Source: Eledone cirrhosa
Lineage: Eukaryota
NCBI GenBank assembly: GCA_964016885.1
Contig: OZ024763.1
Span: forward strand, 806,001 to 870,000
Direction of reading: 5' to 3'
DNA length: 64,000 nucleotides
Part shown: positions 53,521-64,000 of the stretch, piece by piece
Layout of the letters: every line of letters begins with the position of its first letter
Numbering within the stretch: the first letter of the stretch is position 1
Translations under genes and position numbers: made by a program
The notes under the pieces: model-generated
Seen by the model: the letters and a program-made list of their open reading frames with translations, nothing else
The model's database searches: none
What the model was told of the DNA's origin: nothing

Positions 53521-54352
53521 AAATTTATATTTGCTATTATATTTGATGATTTTAATGAATATGGCCTTGAAATCAATCAGAAAATGGTAACTCATTACAT
53601 AAAGAAGTGAAATAAAAACTATACTCTAAATGACACTTAAAACATTTTAAATAACAAAATATTAAAACTTCATAAATATATTCTCCATTCATGAGAATTT
53701 CAAAACTGTCCTCTGTTGATTAGCCACCATGGCTTATAAATGGGGTTTGGATTTTGTCCTATTTCTCAAATAAAAAAGGGATCGGCTTATAATTGAGTAT
53801 ATATAGTAATTAGGGCAAGTTAATTTAGGGTCTTTTAAAGATTGTGTGACTCCTTTTTACTCCAGTCCACTCATTAACACAGCACATTAAACACTCACAC
53901 ATACACACAATTACACCAGATACTCCACACATGTACTCACACACCACGCCATACACACCACTCACCACACACCACGCCATACACATCACTCACCACACAT
54001 TATACTCTACACACCACACCACACTCTACACACTACACAACGCACATTACCTTCTACACACCACACCACACACATCACCACACTACACCGTCGGACGCCA
54101 TGCTTTGACGCATAGAATTACGCCCCTTTCCATTCTGAGTTCAAATCCGGCCGAGGTTAACTGTCTTTCATTCTTACGGGGTCGATAAAATAAATTACCA
54201 GTGGGTAATTGCTGGACTTGTGCCAAAAGTAGAAACAATTATATTAGTTTCTGTATATTTTCTATCTTGTGTAGTTATCATGTCGAACCATTCCTTTAAT
54301 TGTAAAATCTAAAAGTACTGTCAAACTTTATTTGACATCACAAAAAGGTAAG

Positions 54353-57300
54353 TCTCTCTCTATTCTCTCCCTCCTCTCTCTCTTGTTTCACTCCTCTCCC
54401 TCCTCTCTTGCTTCACTCCCCTCTCCCTCCTCTCTCTCTTCTTTCACTCCTCTCTCCCTCCTTTCACTCCCCTCTCCCTCCTCTCTCTCTTCTTTCACTC
54501 CTCTCTCCCTCCTTTCACTCCTCTCTCCCTCCTCTCTTTTGTTTCACTCCTCTCCCTCCTCTCTCTTGTTTCATTCCTCTCTCCCTCCTCTCTCTCTTGT
54601 TTCACTCCTCTCTCCCTCCTCTCTCTCTTGTTTCACTCCCCTCTCCCTCCTCTCTCTCTTGCTTCACTCCCCTCTCCCTTGCTTCACTCCCCTCTCTCTT
54701 GCTTCACTCCCTCCTCTCTTGCTTCACTCCCTCCTCTCTTGCTTCACTCCCCTCTCCCTCCTCTCTTGCTTCACTCCCCTCTCTTGCTTCACTCCCCTCT
54801 CCCTCCTCTCTTGCTTCACTCCCCTCTCCCTCCTCTCTTGCTTCACTCCCCTCTCCCTCTTCTTTCACTTCTCTCTCCCTCCTTTCACTCCTCGCTCCCT
54901 CCTCTCTCTTGTTTCACTCCTCCCTCTCCCTCCTTCCTCTCTCCCTTCTTTCACTCCGCTCTCCCTCCTTTCTCTCTTGTTTCACTCCGCTCTCCCTCCT
55001 TTCTCTCTTGTTTCACTCCCCTCTCCCTTGTTTCACTCCTCTCTCCTTCCTTTCACTCTTGTTTCACACCTCCCCCTCCTCTCTCTCTTGTTTCGCTCCT
55101 CTCTCCCTCCTCTCTCTCTTGTTTCGCTCCTCTCTCCCTCCTCCCCTCCCTCACTCCTCTGTCCCTCCCCTCTCTCTTGTTTCACTCCTCTCTCCCTCCT
55201 CTCTTGCTTCACTCCCCTCTCCCTCCTCTCTCTCTTGTTTCACTCCTCTCCCTCCTCTCTCTCTTTTGTTTCACTTCTCGCTCCCTCCTCTCTTGTTTCA
55301 CTCCTCCCTCTCACTCCCCTCTCCCTCCTCTCTCTCTTGTTTCACTCCTCTCTCCCTCTTCTCTCTTATTTCACTCCTCTCTCTCCCTCCTCTCTCTCTC
55401 TTGTTTCACTCCTCTCTCTCCCTCCTCTCTTATTTCATTCCTCTCCCTCCTCTCTTATTTCATTCCTCTCTCTCTTGTTTCACTCCTCTCTCTCCCTCTT
55501 CTCTCTCTTGTTTCACTCCTCTCTCTTGGTTCACTCCTCTCTCTCCCTCTTCTCTCTTGTTTCCCTCTCTCTTGTTTCACTCCTCTCTCTCTTGGTTCAC
55601 TCCTCTCTCTCCCTCTTCTCTCTTGTTTCACTCTTCTCTCTTGTTTGACTCCTCCCTCCTCTCTCTCTTGTTTCACTCCTCTCTTCCTCCTCTCTCTCTT
55701 GTTTCACTCCTCTCCCCCCTCTCTTGCTTCACTCCCCTCTCCCTCCTCTCTTGCTTCACTCCCCTCTCCCTCCTCTCTCTCTTCTTTCACTTCTCTCTCC
55801 CTCCTTTCACTTCTCGCTCCCTCCTCTCTCTTGTTTCACTCCTCCCTCTCCCCCTCCCTCCTTCCTCTCTCCCTTCTTTCACTCCTCTCTCCCTCTTCTC
55901 TCTTGTTTCACTCCTCTCTCTCTTGTTTTACTCCTCTCTCTCTTGTTTCCCTCCTCTCTCTCTTGTTTCCCTCCTCTCTCTCTTGGTTCACTCCTCTCTC
56001 CCTCTTCTCTCTTGTTTCACTCTTCTCTCCTTCTTCTCTCTTGTTTGACTCTTCTCTCCCTCTTCTCTCTTGTTTGACTCCTCCCTCCTTTCTCTCTTGT
56101 TTCACTCCCCTCTCCCTTGTTTCACTCCTCTCTCCTTCCTTTCACTCTTGTTTCACACCTCTCCCTCCTCTCTCTCTTGTTTCGCTCCTCTCTCCCTCCT
56201 CTCTCTCTTGTTTCACTCCTCCCCTCCCTCACTCCTCTGTCCCTCCCCTCTCTCTAGTTTCACTCCTCTCTCTCTTGTTTCCCTCTCTCTTATTTCACTC
56301 CTCTCTCTCCCTCCTCTCTTATTTCACTCCTCTCTCCCTCCTCTCTCTTGTTTCACTCCTCTCTCTCCCCCCTCTCTTATTTCATTCCTCTCTCCCTCCT
56401 CTCTCTTGTTTCACTCCTCTCTCTCTCCCTCCTCTCTCTCTTGTTTCACTCCTCTCTCTCCCTCTTCTCTCTTGTTTCACTCCTCTCTCTCTTGTTTCCC
56501 TCTCTCTTGTTTCACTCCTCTCTCTCTTGGTTCACTCCTCTCTCTCCCTCTTCTCTCTTGTTTCACTCTTCTCTCCCTCTTCTCTCGTTTGACTCCTCCC
56601 TCCTCTCTTCCTCCTCTCTCTCTTGTTTCACTCCTCTCCCTCCTCTCTCTCTTGTTTCACTCATCTGTCCCTCTCTTGCTTCACTCCCCTCTCCCCCCTC
56701 TCTTGCTTCACTCCCCTCTCCCTCCTCTCTTGCTTCACTCCCCTCTCCCTCCTCTCTCTTCTTTCACTTCTCTCTCCCTCCTTTCACTTCTCGCTCCCTC
56801 CTCTCTCTTGTTTCACTCCTCCCTCTCCCCCTCCCTCCTTCCTCTCTCCCTTCTTTCACTCCTCTCTCCCTCTTCTCTCTTGTTTCACTCCTCTCTCTCT
56901 TGGTTCACTCCTCTCTCCCTCTTCTCTCTTGTTTCACTCCTCTCTCACTTGTTTCCCTCTCTCTTGTTTCACTCCTCTCTCTCCCCCCTCTCTCCCTCCT
57001 CTCTCTTGTTTCACTCCTCTCTCTCTCCCTCCTCTCTCTCTTGTTTCACTCCTCTCTCTCTTGTTTCACTCCTCTCTCCCTCCTCTCTCTCTTGTTTCAA
57101 TCCTCTCTCCCTCCTCTCGTTTCACTCCTCTCTCCCTCCTCTCTCTCTTGTTTCACTCCTCTCTCTATTGTTTCACTACTCTCTCCCTCCTCTCTCTTGC
57201 TTCACTCCTCTCTCCCTCCTCTCTCTCTTGTTTCAATCCTCTCTCCCTCTTTCTCTTGTTTCAATCCTCTCTCCCTCCTCTCTCTTGTTTCAATCCTCTC

Positions 57301-59269
57301 TCCCTCCTCTCTCTTGTTTCACTCCACTCTCCCTCCTCTCTCTTGTTTCACTCCTCGCTCCCTCCTCTCTCTTGTTTCACTTCTCGCTCCCTCCTCTCTT
57401 GTTTCACTCCTCCCTCTCCCTCCCCCTCCTCTCTCTCTCTCCCCCCTCTCTCGCTCCCTCCTCTCTCTCTCCCCTCTTCCTCCTCTCTCCCTCCTCCTTG
57501 TTTCACTCCTCTCTCCCTCCTCTCTCTTGTTTCACTCCGCTCTCCCTCCTCTCTCTCTTGTTTCACTCCGCTCTCCCTCCTCTCTCTCTCGTTTCACTCC
57601 GCTCTCCCTCCTCTCTCTCTTGTTTCACTCCTCTCCCCCTCCCCTCTTCCTCCTCTCTCTCTTGTTTCACTCCCCTCCCCTCTTCCTCCTCTCTCTCCCT
57701 CATCTCTCTCTCATTTCACTCCTCCCTCCCTCTCCCTCCTCTCTCTCCCCCTCCCTCCTCTCTCTTGTTTCTCTCCGCTCTCTCTTGTTTCTCTCCGCTC
57801 TCTCTCGTTTCACTCCGCTCTCCCTTGTTTCCCTCCTCTCTCGTTTCACTCCTCTCTCCCTTCTTTCACTCTTGTTTCACTCCTCTCTCCCTCCTTTCAC
57901 TCTTGTTTCACTCCTCTTTCCCTCCTTTCACTCTTGTTTCACTCCTCTTTCCCTCCTCTCTCTCTTGTTTCACTCCTCTCTCTTGTTTCCCTCCTCTCTC
58001 TCGTGTTTCACTCTCGTTTCATTCCTCTCACACTCCTCTCTCCCTCCCCTCCTTCCTTCCCCTCTCTTTTTTTCACTCCTCTCTCCCTCGTTTCACGTCT
58101 CGCTCCCTCCTCTCTCTTGTTTCACTCCTCTCTCTCCCCTCTCCCCCTCCTCTCTTCCTCCTCTCTCTCTCTCTCCCTCCCCTCTTCCTCCTCTCTCTCC
58201 CTCCTCCCTCTTGTTTCACTCCTCTCCCTCCTCTCTCTCTTCTTTCACTCCTCTCTCCCTCCTCCCTCTTGTTTCACTCCTCTCTCCCTCCTCTCTCTTG
58301 TTTCACTCCTCTCCCCCTCCCCTCTTCCTCCTCTCTCTCTTGTTTCACTCCCCTCCCCTCTTCCTCCTCTCTCTCCCTCATCTCTCTCTTCTTTCACTCC
58401 TCTCTCCCTCCCTCTTGTTTCACTCCTCTCTCTTGTTTCACTCCTCTCTCTCTTGTTTCAATCCTCTCTCCCTCCTCTCTCTTTTTTCACTCCTCTCTCT
58501 CTCCCCTTTCCCTCCTCTCTCTCTTGTTTCTCTCCCCTTTCCCTCCTCTCTCTCTTGTTTCTCTCCCCTTTCCCTCCTCTCTCTCTTGTTTCACTCCTCT
58601 CTCCCTCCTCTCTCTCTCTTGTTTCACTCCTCTCTCTCTTGTTTCCCTCCTCTCTCTCTTGTTTCACTCCTCTCTCTCCCTCTTCTCTCTTGGTTCACTC
58701 CTCTCTCTCCCTCTTCTCTCTTGTTTCACTCCTCTCTCCCTCTTCTCTCTTGTTTGACTCCTCTCTCCCGTTTGACTCCTCCCTCCTCTCTCTTGTTTCA
58801 CTCCTCTCCCTCCTCTCTCTCTTGTTTCACTCATCTGTCCCTCTCTTGTTTCACTCCTCTCTCCCTCTTCTCTCTTGTTTCACTCCTCTCTCTCTTGTTT
58901 CACTCCTCTCTCTCTTGTTTCCCTCCTCTCTCTCTTGTTTCACTCCTCTCTCTCCCTCTTCTCTCTTGGTTCACTCCTCTCTCTCCCTCTTCTCTCTTGT
59001 TTCACTCCTCTCTCCCTCTTCTCTCTTGTTTGACTCCTCTCTCCCGTTTGACTCCTCCCTCCTCTCTCTTGTTTCACTCATCTGTCCCTCCTCTCCTCTT
59101 GTTTCACTCCTCTCTCCCCTCCTCTTGTTTCACTCCTCTCTCCCCTCTCTCTCTTGTTTCTCTCATCTCTCTCTCTCCTTCCTCTCTCCCCACTCTCTCT
59201 CTCGTTTCTCTCCCTCCCTCTTCCTCATCTCTGTCTCGTTTCTCTCATTTCTCCTCTCGTGTTTCTCTC
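54353..59269 (+). repeat. 4.9-kb polypyrimidine satellite
   Basis: Same cttgtttcactcctctc unit as in copy 1. Confidence 0.97.
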
Positions 59270-59544
59270 AGAAGATGAAGCAAAACAGCGAGACGGATAA
59301 TGGAAATAATAAAACGTTCTTTTTCTTAACTAAATGCTGAAAAATCTAAAATCTTAGGGGAGACAGGATAAAAATATAAAGACTATTTAAATATTAGTAC
59401 ACTATTCCATATAAATGTCAAGACTTGAAAATATCAACATTAGTTCACTATACCAAGGATAAACACTTTGATTAATCTCCTCCAAAGTTGTAATTCTAAC
59501 GAGTGACATGATAGTACAATGGTCATCTCTTCTTATATTTCTAT

Positions 59545-59790
59545 GTATAACATAACAATGCTCCTTACATTTATCCCAGGTATATAGAGGGATGTTCCGA
59601 TGTCCACTGTTTGTAAAATAATGCAATAAGGAAACGCCATCATCCAGTAAACTTTAGTAATACTCCAATAACGTCTCAGCCGCCATTTACGGTAGAAAAT
59701 AGTAAGAAAAATAAAAGTCACTCAGCAGTTAATGCAGTGAAAACAAACAATAACAATATTATTACTAAATAATTATAATTTCTTACATTC
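59545..59790 (-). pseudogene. GPCR type Y TM1-TM2 fragment (Y9)
   Basis: ORF 59533-59721 FIFLTIFYRKWRLRRYWSITKVYWMMAF. Confidence 0.65.
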
Positions 59791-61559
59791 AATAATTCTT
59801 TTTCTTAAACACGTAATTTATTTCAAATTTGTCGTATCATATATATACTGTTTGTCTGTCTTTGTTTGTCAAGTGATTGACGGGGAGAAGCCGATCGATT
59901 AAATTGAATAAATGACTGGTACTCTATTTTTCTGCTATAAAATTGTAAATTAATATCCACCGAGAACACAAAGGTGGTATAATATCATTTAAAAATTAGA
60001 AATTGAGTTATAAATATGTGTGTTCAGGGCTTAGATGTTCAGTGTGTAACAGGGTTATTGGTTTTAAGTAACATAAAATGTCGTTAGGAGTTCAATATTT
60101 AGCTGGGGATATAGAATTTCTTTAAATTATTTCTTGTACCAGTAGCGAACTGGGATCGAAACCATTATGTTATTCGGACGAAAGAAATATACAAGCTTAG
60201 CTCAATCTAGTTGGAGTTACGGGACATTACTGCAAAGCACATCACTGTAGGTTCCAATCTTACATTGATAAAAGTGACGTTTAGCAATTTATTTGTAAGT
60301 CGCACACAGGATTTAGGTATGGCAGATTTGAAATTAGTGAACATTGCAGACGAAGTCATTGTAGGTTCAAATCAACACTAGGGCGTTAAGAAATAAAATG
60401 AATATTTACTTCATGAAAGAGCCTGAATTATGAAAGACAGTCGACCCTTTCTAATAACAGCAACACTAAGAAAGGTACTCAATATATATCAGAGTATAAA
60501 TATTTCATATAGAAATGTCTTCTACGGGACAAGAACTGTTTCATTCGGAAAAAAATCATCAGGAAAGCCCTTGATTTCTTTCGAATGAAACCGTTCTAGT
60601 CCTGTAGAAGCCACACACACATATGTATGTATATAAATATATGTGTGTGTGTGTGTGTTCATAAGCCCAATTGTCTATGATGATAAGGTCCCCCATCTTT
60701 GTATATTTATATGTCGATGTCTATTTCCACATGGCACATCTGGTCCTCGATGTTGTCACCGCCTGCTTTACGTAGCATCTTAACTATCTAATATTTATTC
60801 AGAGAGGTTCTCCCTTCATATCACAAATATTCCTTTCTGACTCACTGAAAACTTGTCTTGCATCATCGAGTAAAAGAGATCTAAAGAATCTGTCTGATGT
60901 TGCTATATATGTATGTAGCGACCTATAACTTGTGAGGGTGTCCTAGAGGCCCCACATTGACATTCAGGGTGTCTAGGGTACTTTGTAAAAGTTGACAGAT
61001 CCCATCTCCACCCCCAGATCTCTTACAGAGAGTGAGAGAAAGATATAGAAGAATCGACCCTAGTAATACACTGGTACTTGTTTCTAACTACCTCGAATGG
61101 TACAATAGCGAAACCTAAACTTTGATGTACCTATATAAGTCATACCTGTTCTATATGTGATGTACGTACATATATGTATGTAAGTGTACCTGGCGTTGCA
61201 AGTTCGGTTTTCGTAAGTGTCTCTGAGAATTTTTACATGAGCAAGCATGTGTTCTGATGATTAGTCAATCGTTATTATGATGGTATGTGCTTTTAATATA
61301 TATGTATGTATATTTACATAGAAGTGAGTAAATATGAATGTATGGGTATATATAAATGAAAATGGTCTTTCTAATTGTTAATACTATCTATCGGTCGAAA
61401 CTCCAGGTAGAAGTATATATGTGTGTGTGTGTGTGTGTGAAATCCTTGGTACAGTCAGGTATATTTAAAAAAAGGAAAAGAATGACTTCATTTGTAGTTC
61501 TAAATCAAATTGTTTAGAACTACAAGTCAAGTCATTCTTTTCCTTTTTTCAAATATATA

Positions 61560-62175
61560 TATGAAAATATAATGGGAAGAGGTGAGTATTATAACTTTTA
61601 TAAGAAATAAAGATCTAAAGACGAGTGATATAATTGTTAATACAGTATTCCAGAAGTAAAATATAGATCTAAAGATGAAAGAAAATTTCATCAACGAAAT
61701 CGTAATGTACACCAACGAAAATATATGTCTACAGAATACAGATTAGTAAAATAAAGTTGGAGCAACTAAATGAGAGGTCACTTAACTTTACATATTTATA
61801 TCGTGAAAAATGTTGATCTTCAGATATTAAATTATGGATGTGATTCTTTGTCTTTCTTTAAACATAGTCTTCTTTTTAAAATTAATTTTAGATTATTCGT
61901 ACCTCATCTCTGTGGTCTCTATTGGTTTTATTTTAAAAGTGATCCATTAAGGTGGGTCTTTTACGTAACATTTTATGTTTATTCCAGGTATTTAGAGAGA
62001 TGTCCACTGACAACAAAATAATACAATAAGGAAATGCCATCATCCAGTAAAACTTGGTAATAATCCAGTCTCGTCACAGTAAACAATGGTAAGAACAAAC
62101 AAAAACAAGAGAACTATTCAGCAGTTAATGAAGTGAATACATAAAATTTAAAAAAAACTTTACTAAATAAAATAA
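61560..62175 (-). pseudogene. GPCR type Y pseudogene (Y10, twin of Y4)
   Basis: Homolog of 26490-27140. Confidence 0.58.
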
Positions 62176-62525
62176 ATTTTTATATATATACCTATCTCTC
62201 GCTCTTATATCTGCCATACCTAAATCCTGTGTGCGACTTATAACCAAATATTAATATGGTTCGTTGATTACTCAATGAATATAGTTTTACAATATATTAA
62301 AAGCTCTCTACAAGGAAGTTTTCTGGAGTTATTGATATTATTCAAAATATTAATAAATGAAGACATTCACATAATCAAAATATGTTTTATTATATATATT
62401 TCGAAGGTACTGTGCTGTTTTTTCAGTACGTCCTCGTCAGATAAAATACATGAATTGATGTATGACATACCTCAACGGTGTTGATGGTTCAATTCCAGTA
62501 TTGGCAGTATATTTGTATATATATA

Positions 62526-63125
62526 GGCGTTCCTTACTTTTAGCGGTCGCAATAATGAAAGTAAATTTATTTTCATTTTCGAACGTCGTGTTTACATTTT
62601 GTGTGTGTGTTTAAACGAAACATGCTGGCGACGAAGCTTCTTTGCACAGCTCCATGTGTTCTCTGTGAGCTGTGTGTGTGCACATCAGAGGCCGCAGGAT
62701 CTACAAAGTTCCGTTCGTGCACCACAACATCATGAACGTAAATCCCACCTTCAATTTCCGAATAGGAAGCCCAACCATTGGAGATGATGCGGCTGCCTGG
62801 CAAAATCCCTGCTGAATGATGGGGACGAGAGTGTCAGAGCTTCGATTTGTGACTTCTACAAGGCAGCAGCGTCCAGAATGGCAGACTCACCATTCTGCAA
62901 GCCTCATTACAAGATTACTTCGGTATTGAGTACTCTTCTCTCAACCGTCAACCACACACACACATACATATATATATATAATCAGTTAAAACGACAGAGG
63001 TTCTGATTTTGTCTTTAATCTCAGTAACTAATTGAGATCTAAAAACACACAAAATGTATACACGACGTTCGAAAATGAAAATAAATTTACTTTCATTATT
63101 GTAACCGCTAAAAGTAAGGAACGCC
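62526..63125 (-). mobile_element. Merlin (IS1595-like) DNA transposon, non-autonomous deletion derivative
   Basis: ~80-bp TIRs starting GGCGTTCC; 8-bp flanks TATATATA/TATGTATA; internal SGRCCLVEVTNRSSDTLVPIIQQ/ILPGSRIISNGWASY..VVVHERNFVDP..DVHT/ENTWSCAK, an IS1595-type DDE transposase. Confidence 0.88.
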
Positions 63126-64000
63126 TATGTATATACTCCATTTAAGACAGCGAAAAAACCAGTACCTCCTTCCAAGAATGCCAAATATGCCTAAGGGATA
63201 CCGGTGTAACACTAATTAAGTTACCGGTGTAGATATTTCAGTTGAACCCTGCTTCAACAAACTCCTCGGTAATTTGAAATCGAGTGAGGGGTGTAAAACA
63301 GAATTGTTTGGAAAATAGTAAATTCTAAACCTGCCAGAAATAGCAGCCAAGTGTCGTACTTTGGGTACGAGGTGCGACTCGTCTTACCTCTTCTAATATA
63401 TATAGATGCGTATGTAGATTCACGGGTCGCGTCGGGGAGAAACCCCAATAGATACAATGTACTTATTAGATTGGCACACAGTATATGTATATATAAATGT
63501 ATATATACATATAAATACTTATATCTATACATAAGTTTTGTTTAATTGCCGATAACTTTAAAATCTATTTCTTAGGTTGCTTAGGCCTACAAACCTTATA
63601 TCAGTGTCCCTTCTTTTGACACTTTCTACGAGTGAATCCTTAAATTGACATTTTATTTTGGGTTGTACTGCCTTATCCCACCTATAACAGCTTGAAGCAG
63701 ATATAGTAAAAACAGGTCCTTGACTGTGAAGACTAACATGAGTTATGTTGAATATAATTGTTGAGGTTTATTCAATCTAAGAGAAGAAAAACGAATTATA
63801 AGTCAAGTGCAAAATTAACGTTTAAAGACAAGAAAAGTATCTCTCTTTCTCTCAGGCAAAATAGATCGGCTGTTTTTAGACCAGGAGGAGGGGAGGATTG
63901 ACTCAGTCAGGTTTAAATGCCCACATGACGGTAATTACGGCAGCCCTACAACAACAGTTAAGTGTCTATAACAACCACGCATTTATGAGACTAAAATCCT

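Noticed and set aside
54332-59340. Long S/L/P-rich ORFs up to 976 aa and E/R/G-rich antisense ORFs
   Set aside because: They are open in all frames because the CT satellite lacks stop codons.
63240-63480. Helitron-like 5' end (tctatatatattag on minus)
   Set aside because: No matching 3' hairpin-CTAG could be identified.

Overview
AT-rich animal genomic DNA; the SINE and MITE families resemble those I recall from octopod cephalopods (inference). There is no intact protein-coding gene, and almost all long ORFs in the track are satellite artefacts. The window is a nested tandem duplication: copy 1 is 1-27358 and copy 2 is 28129-~62180, each built from older ~3.5-5 kb subunits. Read on the minus strand across frameshifts, these subunits are the remains of a tandem cluster of apparently intronless class A (rhodopsin-like) GPCR genes of two types, here called X and Y. 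They show eroded TM1 GN, TM2 LAxxD, TM3 C..DRY, TM6 (C)WxP and TM7 NPxxY motifs, plus a clear synonymous-substitution bias between paralogs. The TM6-TM7 half of type X recurs as ~300-bp inverted-repeat pairs whose inner ends also read as convergent tRNA-like A-box/B-box units. The rest is tRNA-SINEs (several copy-specific, with TSDs), CR1 and RTE LINE fossils, piggyBac- and mariner-type MITEs, a Merlin (IS1595-like) deletion derivative, Penelope-like termini with hammerhead-like cores, and two satellites that share a GTTTCACT core. All alignments were made by eye, so boundaries are approximate.
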